64,000 nucleotides of DNA from an uncultured delta proteobacterium (GCA_963816145.1 CAWFJP010000030.1:544001-608000); one strand, 5' to 3'; positions 40,510-51,807 are shown, counted from the first letter of the stretch. A program made the numbers and translations. Notes: generated from the letters alone by a model not told the origin.

Positions 40510-40704
40510 CTATCTCTTACTACGGTATTTCTTGTCGTTCCAACTATTATTATTGCGGTATTTCTTTTCACTCCAACGGCTACCCTCATCGCCGTAACCG
40601 GAACCTCCTCCGGCAAATGCCGGTACCGCAGTCAGCGTTAAAATGACGGGCGCGATATAGGCGGCCCGCTTGATGACTTCCCTTCTTGTGATTTTCTCAG
40701 ACAT
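40510..40704 (-). CDS. 64-aa peptide, candidate RiPP precursor or Tat-exported peptide
   Basis: GGAGG SD before ATG 40704; MSEKITRREVIKRAAYIAPVILTLTAVPAFA-GGGSGYGDEGSRWSEKKYRNNNSWNDKKYRSKR. Confidence 0.7.
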   Translation of the reverse strand: MSEKITRREVIKRAAYIAPVILTLTAVPAFAGGGSGYGDEGSRWSEKKYRNNNSWNDKKYRSKR

Positions 40705-40790
40705 GAGGCCCTCCGCATTCTCGTTTAGAGTTAATATTGTCGACCTCGCAAACGAATAACTTATAGCGAAACGTAACAGGGCGTGCAAGA

Positions 40791-41660
40791 TCACTTCTCC
40801 CCATTGGCGCCAAATTGGCTCATTCCAGTGATTTGTTTACCGGAAAGATCTTGCAACGTATTCTTCACAATCTCACATGTCGCGGCAAGATCACCGATGG
40901 TTAATTCGAAGCAACGAGTGTTTCTAGCGATCTCAATCGCTCCGTCGAGTCCCTCTCCTTCATGGGCAAGCGCGTTAAGAGCATTCGCAAACAGACGTGC
41001 TGCCGCCTCAGCTTTGGTGATAGGTTCAATCGTCGGCGTAGGCGACCGGGGCCGTTGCCGCAAGAAAAATACCGTGGCGAAAGAAGTGGGCTCTCTACCG
41101 ACGTCGCAGGGCAGTAATTCAACCGGCACATGCATAGTTGTGGATAGGCGGAGAGTGCGTTCCGGTAAGATGAATGGTTTCGCCGGTTCCTTCTTGAGAC
41201 AGAGCGCGTGAGGGTAAGGATGAACCTCCATTCTTTCCAATCCTACTGGCGCCAGCTCATCGCTTAAATAGCGAAAGCCGTGGTGTAAGAGTCCCCAAGT
41301 GGTGGTCGACTTACCGCCTCCAGACGCTGCGACCAGCAAGAAAGACCTTCCCTCGAACTCAAGCGCGGCTCCATGAAGAAAATAGAGGTCGCGCCGAAGC
41401 TTTTGCAACTCGATGGTCAAATCCTTTTCAAACAGAAAGAGAAATTCCCCATCATCCGTCGCGACCAATGTCTCCGATCCGTCCCTGGTTATCACAAAAC
41501 CCTGGGACGTCTGGTCTCGACTTATGGAATAGTGTAATTGCGGTCCCTTACTTTGCCCTTTGAACGAGCCGTAGTTAGCCAGTATAAGGGACGCCGCCCG
41601 GCTATCCATACAGTTAACCCGGACGTTGCAACCGAATACGGACAATTCTATCGGGTTCAT
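40791..41660 (-). CDS. HprK-related P-loop kinase
   Basis: LHGAAL...AASGGGKSTT Walker A, GFRYLSDE, PYPHALCLK. Confidence 0.8.
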   Translation of the reverse strand: MNPIELSVFGCNVRVNCMDSRAASLILANYGSFKGQSKGPQLHYSISRDQTSQGFVITRDGSETLVATDDGEFLFLFEKDLTIELQKLRRDLYFLHGAALEFEGRSFLLVAASGGGKSTTTWGLLHHGFRYLSDELAPVGLERMEVHPYPHALCLKKEPAKPFILPERTLRLSTTMHVPVELLPCDVGREPTSFATVFFLRQRPRSPTPTIEPITKAEAAARLFANALNALAHEGEGLDGAIEIARNTRCFELTIGDLAATCEIVKNTLQDLSGKQITGMSQFGANGEK

Positions 41661-41665
41661 AAAGC

Positions 41666-42073
41666 TTAGAGTAGAGGGAAATGCTTAGTCTCCGATTTTT
41701 TGGATTCCCGACATTTGCGACCGTGTTCCAAAAGATCCAAATCTCGGAGCTGCGCCATGGCTTGCAATACGTCTTTTACGGCTGTCTTTAGGTCCACCTC
41801 ATACAATTCCACGAGATGATTTGCTATTTCATCGGTTGAACAGTTACCATCACAATGCTCCCATACAAGGTTGGCGGTTTGGTTGAGTTGGTGAATCAAT
41901 CCGGCCTTTCGGTCTAAAATCAGTGTTTCTCCTTCGACAATCCGCACGCTGAGATCGGAGCGCCGTTTCGGACGATGCTCAGGCGCGGGTGAGACTGGTG
42001 ATAAAGATGAATCCCCAGCGGAAATCCTTGTAGCCAATCCTTTCACTGTCCCTTGATTTCTTACTGGCTTCAT
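41666..42073 (-). CDS. PqqD-family RiPP recognition element (RRE)
   Basis: VEGETLILD...[16 protein letters not shown]...EIANHL...YEVD...DV...L..LDLL pattern. Confidence 0.85.
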   Translation of the reverse strand: MKPVRNQGTVKGLATRISAGDSSLSPVSPAPEHRPKRRSDLSVRIVEGETLILDRKAGLIHQLNQTANLVWEHCDGNCSTDEIANHLVELYEVDLKTAVKDVLQAMAQLRDLDLLEHGRKCRESKKSETKHFPLL

Positions 42074-42104
42074 AAGACCTCAATGCTTTCAATTTCGAAT
42101 ATTG

Positions 42105-44012
42105 TCAGTTCGTCACACTCATATCCGCTTGGTCGACTATGAAGCCACTCAGCGCACCGCTCCCCTCGGCATCAAGTCCATGGAGACAATCCAAATATTG
42201 GACCACGGGACTGACACAACTCGCGGGCGTGGCCCCTACAGTCCGGATTTGAATTTCCGGCGCTTGCGGCGGTTCATAATTGCTGTCAATCCCCGTAAAG
42301 TTCTTCAGTTCTCCACGCCGCGCCTTTGCATACAGCCCTTTTACGTCGCGGCGCTCACACTCCTCCAGCGGCGTATCGACAAAGACTTCGATGAACTCGC
42401 CGGGGGCAAACAGGCCGCGCGCCAATTTGCGCTCGGCTCGGTACGGTGAAATAAATGCGACGATGACGATCAGCCCCGCGTCCACCAATAGTTTCGCGAC
42501 CTCCGCCACCCGACGGATATTTTCTACGCGGTCGGCCTCAGTGAAGCCTAAGTCTCGGTTAAGCCCGTGGCGGACATTATCGCCGTCAAGTACGTAGGTG
42601 TGCTTGCCGCCGGCGTGCAATCGCTTTTCCAACAGGTTGGCTATTGTTGACTTTCCCGAACCCGAAAGTCCCGTGAACCAAAGACAACGGGCTTGCTGAT
42701 ACTTCAACTCGGCGCGGGCGGCTTTGGTTACCTCGAGGGCTTGCCAATGGACGTTTACCGCGCGGCGTAGAGCAAAACGGATCATGCCGGCGCCGACCGT
42801 CTCATTGGTCAACTTATCGATGACGATAAACGCGCCCAACCTTTGGTTCTCAGCGTAGGGTGCGAAGGGTATTGCGCGATCGAAGCTAACGTTGACCGCG
42901 CCGATTTCATTCAAGGCGAGCGTCTTGGCGGCGAGACGTGTTCCAGAGTTGATGTCAAGTCGATGCTTGATATGGGTGATACTGATGTTCGACGCTTTAG
43001 TGTGGATCAAGCCCGCGTAGGAGCGACCCGGGAGCAAGGCGTGGTCGCTCATCCAGAAAAGATCCGCCTCAAACTGGTCGGCGCATTCAACCGGGTGTGA
43101 CGCGGTCGCAATAACATCTCCTCGGCTCGCATCAACTTCGTCACTGAGCACCAAAGTTACTGACTGCCCAGCGTTTCCTTCGCCCGCAAGATCGCTACCG
43201 ATGACAATTTCTTTTACACGGCTAGCCACACCGGAGGGGCTGATGCGTACACTGTCGCCGGGCTTGACCGACCCACTGCCGATACGTCCGGAAAATCCAC
43301 GGAAATCGTGGTTGGGTCGGTTGACCCATTGCACCGGCATGGCAAAGGGTTGGCTAGCTTCGCTCGCCCGAGTCGGGACGGTTTCGAGCCAGTGCAAGAG
43401 GCTCGTTCCGTTATACCAGGGCATATCGGCGCTGCCGCATTCAACGATATTGTGACCCTCAAGCGCCGACAAAGGGATCGCCGTTATCGTTTGAAAGCCA
43501 AGATCCTGAGAAAAGCAGCGATAGGCAAGTTCGATTTCGTTGAAGACCAGTTGCGACCAGCCGACAAGATCCATTTTGTTGACCGCCAGCGCCACGTGGC
43601 GGATCCCCAGCATCGAAGCGATGCGGCTATGGCGTTTGGTCTGAGTGAGCACCCCCTTCCGGGCGTCGATCAGCAGCACGGCCGCCTGAGCCGTCGACGC
43701 GCCGGTAGCCATATTGCGGGTGTACTGCTCATGACCTGGTGTGTCGGCGACGATGAATCGGCGTCCGGGCGTGGCGAAAAAGCGGTAGGCAACATCGATC
43801 GTGATGCCCTGTTCGCGTTCGGCATGCAATCCGTCAACCAACAACGCAAAATCCAACCGCTCGCCCTGGGTCCCGAATTTTTTTGAGTCCGCCTTGAGTG
43901 CCTCCAGTTGATCCTCAAAGATCATTTTGGTCTCGTAAAGCAAACGACCAATCAGTGTCGATTTACCATCGTCGACGCTGCCACAGGTAATGAAGCGCAA
44001 GGTGTCCATCAA
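42105..44012 (-). CDS. cysNC: Bifunctional sulfate adenylyltransferase subunit 1 / APS kinase (CysNC/NodQ)
   Basis: [23 protein letters not shown]; C-terminal [20 protein letters not shown]. Confidence 0.95.
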   Translation of the reverse strand: MMDTLRFITCGSVDDGKSTLIGRLLYETKMIFEDQLEALKADSKKFGTQGERLDFALLVDGLHAEREQGITIDVAYRFFATPGRRFIVADTPGHEQYTRNMATGASTAQAAVLLIDARKGVLTQTKRHSRIASMLGIRHVALAVNKMDLVGWSQLVFNEIELAYRCFSQDLGFQTITAIPLSALEGHNIVECGSADMPWYNGTSLLHWLETVPTRASEASQPFAMPVQWVNRPNHDFRGFSGRIGSGSVKPGDSVRISPSGVASRVKEIVIGSDLAGEGNAGQSVTLVLSDEVDASRGDVIATASHPVECADQFEADLFWMSDHALLPGRSYAGLIHTKASNISITHIKHRLDINSGTRLAAKTLALNEIGAVNVSFDRAIPFAPYAENQRLGAFIVIDKLTNETVGAGMIRFALRRAVNVHWQALEVTKAARAELKYQQARCLWFTGLSGSGKSTIANLLEKRLHAGGKHTYVLDGDNVRHGLNRDLGFTEADRVENIRRVAEVAKLLVDAGLIVIVAFISPYRAERKLARGLFAPGEFIEVFVDTPLEECERRDVKGLYAKARRGELKNFTGIDSNYEPPQAPEIQIRTVGATPASCVSPVVQYLDCLHGLDAEGSGALSGFIVDQADMSVTN

Positions 44013-44929
44013 AAATAGCCTTCCTGCTTTTTACGTTCCATAGAGCCGGCGCCGTCGTGGTCGATAATGCGCCCCTGTCGTTCGGACGTCGTGGCACCCA
44101 GGGTTTCGGCCAAGATCTCGTCGAGCGTTGTCGCCTGACTCTCGACTGCAGCGGTTAACGGATAGCAACCTAGGGTACGGAATCGCACGGTACGTAATTC
44201 CGGCTTTTCTCCGGGTTCGAGCGGCAGCCGGTGATCATCCACCATAATCCACTGACCGTAGCGCTTTACCACCGGGCGCTGGGCGGCGAAGTACAACGGA
44301 ACAATTGGAATGTTCTCCTGGCGGATATACGTCCAAATGTCGGCTTCCGTCCAATTGGATAGCGGAAACACTCGGATTGTTTCGCCTGCATTGATTCGCG
44401 TGTTGTAAAGATTCCACAGCTCGGGGCGCTGCGCTTTCGGCTCCCAACGATGGCCTGGTGCGCGAAATGAAAAAATACGCTCCTTGGCGCGAGACTTTTC
44501 CTCGTCGCGCCGTGCGCCACCGAAGGCCACATCAAACCCATGGAAATCTAGGGCTTGTTTCAGCGCTTCCGTTTTCATGACGTCTGTGTGGTACGCCGAG
44601 CCGTGGGTGATTGGGCCGATACCCTCGGCAACGCCGCGTGGGTTCGTGTAGGTGATCAGCTCAAAGCCAACCCACAGTGCAGTGCGATCCCGAAACGCAA
44701 TCATCTCCCGGAACTTCCATCCGGTATCGATGTGCATTAACGGGAATGGAATCGGTCCAGGATAAAATGCCTTCTGTGCCAGGCGCAGCATCACCGAGGA
44801 ATCTTTGCCAATCGAGTAGAGCATCACCGGCTTGGTGGCAGTAGCCGTTACTTCGCGGATGATTTCGATCGACTCCGCCTCCAGCTCTGAAAAAATGGCA
44901 TCACTCATATTTGCAGATATTAACCCCAT
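44009..44929 (-). CDS. cysD: Sulfate adenylyltransferase subunit 2 (start uncertain)
   Basis: [42 protein letters not shown]. Confidence 0.95.
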   Translation of the reverse strand: MGLISANMSDAIFSELEAESIEIIREVTATATKPVMLYSIGKDSSVMLRLAQKAFYPGPIPFPLMHIDTGWKFREMIAFRDRTALWVGFELITYTNPRGVAEGIGPITHGSAYHTDVMKTEALKQALDFHGFDVAFGGARRDEEKSRAKERIFSFRAPGHRWEPKAQRPELWNLYNTRINAGETIRVFPLSNWTEADIWTYIRQENIPIVPLYFAAQRPVVKRYGQWIMVDDHRLPLEPGEKPELRTVRFRTLGCYPLTAAVESQATTLDEILAETLGATTSERQGRIIDHDGAGSMERKKQEGYF

Positions 44930-45665
44930 ATTAGATTCTCGACGATCAATGATTTCGCAGTACCCAGGCACCATCAAATGATCTCATGCAAGACCGCCAT
45001 GGTGAGGCTCAATGTGGTCACGGTCTGAGTGTTGGTGTTGATCGTGGCGAAATTCGAGTTCACAAAGATGACCCGGCAGCCATCTTTACTATAGGCCTTT
45101 GCACGCCTGCGACCCCTTGAAAAATCTATCAGCTCGCCGAATCGTTGAAACAGATAGAGTTATAAAGCCCTGCAATGATCTCGCTCGATATCAAAAAGTT
45201 TGTAAGGAAAAGACTTCACCGGGAGTATGCATGTGCAGGGAAAACCCTACTAAGGATTTAATTGATTTTGATTGAGTATTATACATCAGTAACATTCCCT
45301 CACTGTCCAAGACTTAACTCAAACGCCGCCTCACGCGTGTGCAAGAGACAGGTCAGTCCCCGCTCAACAAAATTGTTAAATCCGTTCAACTTTCGAACCG
45401 CGCTAGCGCAATTGGTGTGGCCAAGACCTGGTAAAGCAATGTCTTTTCATCCCAATGAGTGATAAGCGCAGAGATCCGGGTTCAATGTAACTTGAAACAA
45501 TTATGTGGTACAGGGATTGCGCTTCCAGCGAGAAACCAAATTTCGAGGCCCTCTCCGAAAGGCAAACCAGTCGTGAGGCTGGGACGCACAGCCACGGGTC
45601 AGGCAAAAACCTGATAGCCGGGTTACGGAAGAACGGGATTGGGTTTCGCGCGATAGGAGAATTTC

Positions 45666-48033
45666 ATGTCCAATCGACCTATTCTACGTTTGTCTTTCGC
45701 TCGGCAAACACCAATTTGCCCCCGTTGGAACTCTCGCATTAAAGACATCTTTTTCATCCTGATTTTGCTGGCGTTCATTAGCCTGACTGTCACCAGCACA
45801 AACGCAGCTTCATATAATCTTGCAAATTCCGCATCAACGGTGCCAGCGGGAGGAAGTGTTAAAGTTACTTGGGTTGCGCCGGCGGGAAGCTCGGGACTGG
45901 ACTGGGTTGGGCTCTTCAAAGTAGGCGATCCGAATCGGAGCTTCATACTCAATAAACTGAGATACACAAACGGCTCGATTTCCGGTTCATTCACGACTAC
46001 TGCTCCGACAACTCCCGGAAACTACGAGTTTCGATACCTGCTCAACGACGGTTATACCGACGTAGCACGGTCCGGCGCCATCGCAGTCGGCACGGTCAGT
46101 TCACAAACGCCGCCGCCGGTTGGCTCGTATAGTCTTTCACCTTCAGCATCATCGGTCCAAGCCGGAGCAAGCCTGACAGTTTCCTGGACTGCGCCGTCAG
46201 GAAGCTCGGCACAGGACTGGGTCAGCTTGATCAAAGTCGGCGACGCAAACCAAGGCTACATACCAAATAAATGGATCGTATACCGGTGGCAAGACATCCG
46301 GCTCATTTACCACGACGGCGCCGACAACGGCGGGCAATTACGAATTCAGATATTTGCTCAACAACGGCTACACCGATGTAAAACGGTCCAGCGCCATTGC
46401 AGTCGGCACGGTCAGTTCGCCAACGCCGCCGCCGGTTGGCTCGTATAGTCTTTCACCTTCAGCATCATCGGTCCAAGCCGGAGCAAGCCTGACAGTTTCC
46501 TGGACTGCGCCGTCAGGAAGCTCGGCACAGGACTGGGTCAGCTTGATCAAAGTCGGCGACGCAAACCAAGGCTACATACCAAATAAATGGATCTATACCG
46601 GTGGCAAGACATCCGGCTCATTTACCACGACGGCGCCGACAACGGCGGGCAATTACGAATTCAGATATTTGCTCAACAACGGCTACACCGATGTAAAGCG
46701 GTCCAGCGCCATTGCAGTCGCGGCCGCCGCCACGCCACTCCGCCGCAGACACCGCCGAGCAATCCGGTGGTTCCGCCCGGTTCTTGCGAGACCGGGGTGT
46801 CGGTTGCTCCGTGTAAGCCGGCTAATCAGCGTCTCGTTGTTGGTTGCTCAAGACGGTAGTGGTCAGTTCAACAATATCCAGGCCGCTATCGACGCGTCCC
46901 TGCCTGGCGATACGATTCAGGTGAAAAACGGCAACTACAATACCAATCTTACCATCCCGGCCAAGAAGAGCGGCACGCAGAGCCTGCCACTGGCTTTGGT
47001 GAATTACCCAGGCCACAGTCCGAGAATGAACGGCAATTTGTCGATTTATGGCCGAGTGGGTTTTGGTCGAAGGCTTGAACTCACTCAAGCGGATAATACC
47101 CTCACTATGTATCGTGCATTTGACCAGTATGCGTCAATTTGGAAGGCCGGACATATCACGATCCGCAACAACTGGATTCACGATGCAAGCTTCATGGGTG
47201 TGTATTCGAGGGCAGCGTCTCCGATATTCTGTTTGAAGGCAACACTTTTGAACGCAACGGCCTTAGGTGCGAACAACTGTGTCAGGACAGCTGGGCAGAT
47301 CACACTGGCCAGAGGATTCGGATACGTCCATTGTCACGGAATCTATCTGGACAGCTTCAGTTGGCGATCCTGCGGCAGCTCGGGTCACCGTTAGACGCAA
47401 CAGATTTATTTCCAATGCGGGTTCTGGGCTTTCAAAACCGACTCGACGGGACGCAAGGCAACCAATTATTTGATCGAGAACAATGTATTTATCAACAACC
47501 AGCGAGCAATGAACATTTCGGATCTCAATAACAGCACGATCCGCAACAATACCATTGTCCAGTTTGACTATCCTAGACCGAATAGCTTCAGACAAGGGTT
47601 GTTTCATGATCAATCATATTCCTAACAATATCATTGCCAACAACGCTTGTTACTTGGCGCTCAATCCAGCGCAAGAGAACATACTTGCGATGTGGAATCC
47701 AGATCCCAAAGATCCTACGGAACAATGCGAAATGGTCGTCCAACGCTTTCTTCGGCTGGCCAAATACCTTTTGGATTTGGGGCAACAACACAGTAACTGA
47801 TTTTCTTAGCAGCTATAGGCAAACAACTGGCGATGCGGGTGGGATCACTATAACAATCGTCAAAGCCGATGGGAGCGAGGCAGGATTCGTCAATGGGCTC
47901 GGCAGCGACTTCCACTTAAAATCATCTTCACCGTTGGTCGGCTCAGGTAATCCCAACCTATTGCGCCGCGGTCGATTTTGACGGGAAAGCACGGGCCAGC
48001 GGACGCTGTGATATCGGCGCCTTTGGCTACTAG
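45666..48033 (+). pseudogene. Secreted protein: three Ig-like (SKICH-like) repeats plus right-handed beta-helix domain; multiply frameshifted
   Basis: Signal peptide ending TNA; DWVGLFKVG...YEFRYL units; IQAAID..PGDTIQVK.G.Y, IRNNWIHD, IRNNTI, CDIGAF end. Confidence 0.7.
46081..46720 (+). repeat. Near-identical tandem duplication, unit 315/316 bp
   Basis: 46081 onward matches 46397 onward; first copy has an extra G at 46278. Confidence 0.9.
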
Positions 48034-48036
48034 CAG

Positions 48037-48079
48037 TAGCTCAGCCCGCTGCTTTCGCTTTAGGCGGCGGGCTGAGCTA
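48037..48079. terminator. Strong hairpin, probable bidirectional terminator
   Basis: TAGCTCAGCCCGCTGC...GCGGCGGGCTGAGCTA just after stop 48033, between convergent genes. Confidence 0.7.
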
Positions 48080-48380
48080 ACTTACTCATTCACCAAATCC
48101 AATATCTGATTATAGGAGGCGACGAGTAGCTGTAGGTTGCGTCAAGACACTTCAAATTTCGCCATTTTGGATTTCGAATAGATTCATCCTAAGTAGTTAC
48201 GCGGTATTCTAACTTTCGTTATCATTTGAATTATATCCCGTTCCGTACGGCTAGAAGCCGAGAGATGCTTGCCGAAACGGATATGTGCTTATTGCGCATA
48301 TCCCTGCGCCCTGTCCATAGTTTTGACAAATAAAGCGTGAATGCGAACGAGGTGACTTCGGGCTGTCTCGTCTCGTGTGC

Positions 48381-50300
48381 TTACAGACCTGCCGCCAAAC
48401 CGTAGCCTTTGTCTCCGTTCATAACAGCGCCAGCACCGAAAGGTTCTATGCTCAGGTTGCATCGCAGCACCGAGATCTGGTGCTCGCGGCAAATGCTTAT
48501 GACTGCGGACAGACGTTCTCCGTCAATGCTATCGGATGAGACGATGAGTGCGGTGATTTGCCGTTTCACCAAGACGGAGGCCAGTTCCTTGCCCGAACCG
48601 ATGATTGGCAACCGATCCACTCTTCGTCCGACCAGAGTTGGGTCGTCATCGATAAAACCCACCGGCTGCAACCGAAGAGAGCTATTGTTCGAGAGTTCAC
48701 GAAGGACGAGTTGGCCATGATGTCCGGCCCCGTAGATAAGGGCTTTGCTATAGCTCGATTGCTCTCGCTGTCGCATGTAGCTCAGGATTCGAAACGTGCT
48801 CCTGCTGCTCACGATCAACGTTCCCAACAGCAGCAGATAGATTACAAAATAGGTAATGGTCCCATCGGTGGGAGGCGCATTTATTACCGCTAAAATGTAA
48901 GACAAGAAGACGCCGGTGGTTACGGCTATGCCGATATTGATCAGGTCCCCGACCCCGATGGCGCGCCACACCCCTCGATACATATTAAACATAAAGAATG
49001 TCGCCAATTGAATCAGGAGTACCAAAGGGAAAGTTTCCAAGTACCACTGCTTTTGGGCTGACGACCAAGACAGATTATATTTCAGCACAAAAGCGCCCCA
49101 GTATGCGACGGCGACCAGCGCGATGTCTATGAATCCGAGAAAAAACCGTCGATCGAACGACAGCCCTTCGTACCAGCGCAGTACCGATCCGGCGTGGAAA
49201 AGGGTTGCCTCTTCATAACCCAGCCTGCGAATGCCAATATAGGTCACCAAAGCAACCGCGACTAGAATAATTCCCGCGTTGCGGTACTGGGCCAGAACCG
49301 AAACGAGCACGAGTATCGCAAGCGATAAGCTGAGACCGTATAACACCAGCACCACATTTCGATGTGACAATCCCATCGCCAATAGACGGTGATGGATGTG
49401 GCTTCGATCCGGCTCAAACATTCGGTTGAATGATCGGATTCTGGTTAATATGGATCTTCGATAAGGCTGGACTACCTTCATGCCGCCGACAAATCGCCGA
49501 AGCATCGACAGCAAGGTATCGATAATCGGAAGACCGAAAACCAGTAGCGGGATCACAACCCCGAGAGCCGTGGCTTGTTTTTGCGAACCCGTGACCGCGG
49601 TGGTTGCCAGTAAATAACCAATAACGAGACTGCCGGAGTCGCCGAGGAAAATTGTCGCCGGGTTAAAATTATAAAAGAGAAAGCCGGCCAACGCGCCGAT
49701 AAGGATGACTAGTAACAGCGCATCCGAAGTATCGCCTCTCATTATAAAGATGGTTGCGCTTGCCCCCGCGGCAATAATCCCGAGCCCGGCGGCGAGACCG
49801 TCCAGGCCATCTATAAGATTAAAGGCATTGGTAACGCCGATGATCCACAGGAAAGTCAGCGGTACCGCCAACATGTTAAGAAAATTGAAGGGGCCCCTCC
49901 CAAGAGAAGAAATCGGCTCGATATAAATACCGAACCCAATGACCACTCCGGCAGCCAGCATCTGAAATAGAAACTTTAGCCAAGCCGGTAGCGGTCGGAG
50001 ATCGTCCCAAACACCGATCGAAAATACAACAGCCGTACCGCAAAGTATCGGCGCCCACGCAATGCGATCCACCGGGATCCTGTTGCCGCCCAAATACTCC
50101 AAGCCGAACGACGCAAGAACTGCAAGACCGATCGACAGAAATACACTGACGCCGCCCAACCTTGGCACAGCCACCGCGTGAATTTTTCGTCCTCCCGGTT
50201 GATCGACCGCGCCGATCCGCAACGCGAAGGCACGGACCAGTCGTGTCAAGACCAAAGATGCTCCGAAGGAGACCAGAGCGAGTGCAAGGTACTTGAGCAT
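48381..50300 (-). CDS. MraY/WecA-family undecaprenyl-phosphate sugar-1-phosphate transferase fused to a membrane + Rossmann-like module
   Basis: RKIH..VPRLGG, WDD, NAFNLIDGLDGL, FLGDSG, HIHHRL; C-terminal YRGVWR...IYGAGHHG...GFIDDDP. Confidence 0.85.
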   Translation of the reverse strand: MLKYLALALVSFGASLVLTRLVRAFALRIGAVDQPGGRKIHAVAVPRLGGVSVFLSIGLAVLASFGLEYLGGNRIPVDRIAWAPILCGTAVVFSIGVWDDLRPLPAWLKFLFQMLAAGVVIGFGIYIEPISSLGRGPFNFLNMLAVPLTFLWIIGVTNAFNLIDGLDGLAAGLGIIAAGASATIFIMRGDTSDALLLVILIGALAGFLFYNFNPATIFLGDSGSLVIGYLLATTAVTGSQKQATALGVVIPLLVFGLPIIDTLLSMLRRFVGGMKVVQPYRRSILTRIRSFNRMFEPDRSHIHHRLLAMGLSHRNVVLVLYGLSLSLAILVLVSVLAQYRNAGIILVAVALVTYIGIRRLGYEEATLFHAGSVLRWYEGLSFDRRFFLGFIDIALVAVAYWGAFVLKYNLSWSSAQKQWYLETFPLVLLIQLATFFMFNMYRGVWRAIGVGDLINIGIAVTTGVFLSYILAVINAPPTDGTITYFVIYLLLLGTLIVSSRSTFRILSYMRQREQSSYSKALIYGAGHHGQLVLRELSNNSSLRLQPVGFIDDDPTLVGRRVDRLPIIGSGKELASVLVKRQITALIVSSDSIDGERLSAVISICREHQISVLRCNLSIEPFGAGAVMNGDKGYGLAAGL

Positions 50301-50370
50301 AAGCCTTAAAAATTTGTAAATTGAACCCGCGATACAAAGAATGAAAAGAAAAGCGCCGTTAAGACCTACT

Positions 50371-51621
50371 CTAATGGTTACGGTTCACAGCAAGATTCTT
50401 GAGAATGTCGGAGTAAACAGTAGCTAACCGTTCCCGGGAGAAATGCTCGGTGATATAGGTTTTTCCGTTACACCCAAGAAACTGCCGAAACCCAGCATCT
50501 TGGTAAAGATTCTTGATTGCTCCCACTAGTGCGGTAGCGTTTCCCGGCTCAATGAAGATGCCCGCCTGAGCTTTTTCCAAGATCTCACGGGCCTGCCCGT
50601 CCACACCCAAGATCACCGGCCGGCCACAGGCCATGAACTCCAACAGTTTGGTAGGGATGACAGTTTTGAAGACTTCGGCTTTCTTGAGGAGGACAAGGCA
50701 TATATCCGACGCCTGAATGAGTGCGGGTATCTTTTCGCGGGGTTGCTGCGGCAGGAAGAGAACATTTCTCAGGCCCTCGCGCTGCGCCAATGAAATAAGC
50801 TGCTCTCTTTCCGCTCCGTCGCCGACGAACAAGAAAAGAATGTTCGGCAATACACCCTGCAATTGTTTGGCAGCCTGTAGTGATACTTCGAGCCCGGACG
50901 CATTACCCAGAGTGCCGATAAACGACACTATGAATCTTCCTTTGAACTGCGACTGATGCTCATTGTCGACTGCAGTGCCGTTGGAAGAGAAGACACTAGC
51001 TTCAACACCATTTTCCACGACGGAAATTTTAGCCGGATCGACCTGCCACTTTTGAACGAGCTGCTCTTTAAAAGCGGGCGTTACAACAACCACGTGGGTA
51101 GAGGTTCGGTAAAGAAAGGTTGCCAATCTCCCCAATGACCTAGCCATCAGCGAAGCATCACCCCCAACCCCCACTGCCGAGAGCGACTCCGGCCAGAGGT
51201 CCCTCACCTCGAATATGAACGGCACACGCTTGGCGTGCCCTAGCCACCAGCCGGTCAAACCCACCAGTAGCTGTGGAGACGTGGCAATGATGACATCGGG
51301 CCGCTCCATGAATGTTCCAGTGAAACAAGATGACAAGCAAAATGAGCCGTAGTTCAGGATGCGTTCGTGGGTTTTACGATTGGGTAGCGGAAGCAACCAA
51401 GTACGCACGATCTCAACGCCGTCGAGCTGCTCGCGGCAGACTACACGTCGCAACTTCGACCGGTATTCGAGTGGCACCACTCCCGTGGGATGATTAGGAA
51501 AGCCGGTGAGAACAGTCACTCGATGACCGCCCCGGACCCAATGACGCGCTAGTTCCGACACGCGCGCTGACGGAGCACCCATTTCGGGCGGAAAATACTG
51601 GGAAACGTAAAGAATCTTCAT
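50371..51621 (-). CDS. Glycosyltransferase family 4 (WbuB-like)
   Basis: QYFPPEMGA, TGFPNHP, EVRDLWPES, PTKLLEFMACGRPV. Confidence 0.9.
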   Translation of the reverse strand: MKILYVSQYFPPEMGAPSARVSELARHWVRGGHRVTVLTGFPNHPTGVVPLEYRSKLRRVVCREQLDGVEIVRTWLLPLPNRKTHERILNYGSFCLSSCFTGTFMERPDVIIATSPQLLVGLTGWWLGHAKRVPFIFEVRDLWPESLSAVGVGGDASLMARSLGRLATFLYRTSTHVVVVTPAFKEQLVQKWQVDPAKISVVENGVEASVFSSNGTAVDNEHQSQFKGRFIVSFIGTLGNASGLEVSLQAAKQLQGVLPNILFLFVGDGAEREQLISLAQREGLRNVLFLPQQPREKIPALIQASDICLVLLKKAEVFKTVIPTKLLEFMACGRPVILGVDGQAREILEKAQAGIFIEPGNATALVGAIKNLYQDAGFRQFLGCNGKTYITEHFSRERLATVYSDILKNLAVNRNH

Positions 51622-51807
51622 CGGTAGGCGCGCGCAGTGTGATTTTTCGAGAAAAGCAAATCCGTGACAGCCACGGACCAACCGGGGGCACGAGGCCAAA
51701 AACACAACCCATGTGGTTGTGCTTGCGGCGAATTGTCGACACTGCAAAAACTTTTAGGGAGTGAGAAAATCCGAAGCGGTCTGAGCGGACGAGACCGTTT
51801 ATGCCCG

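Noticed and set aside
38328-42073. Calling the module a canonical lasso peptide cluster
   Set aside because: No asparagine-synthetase-like cyclase or B2 protease in the window, and the leader lacks Thr at -2
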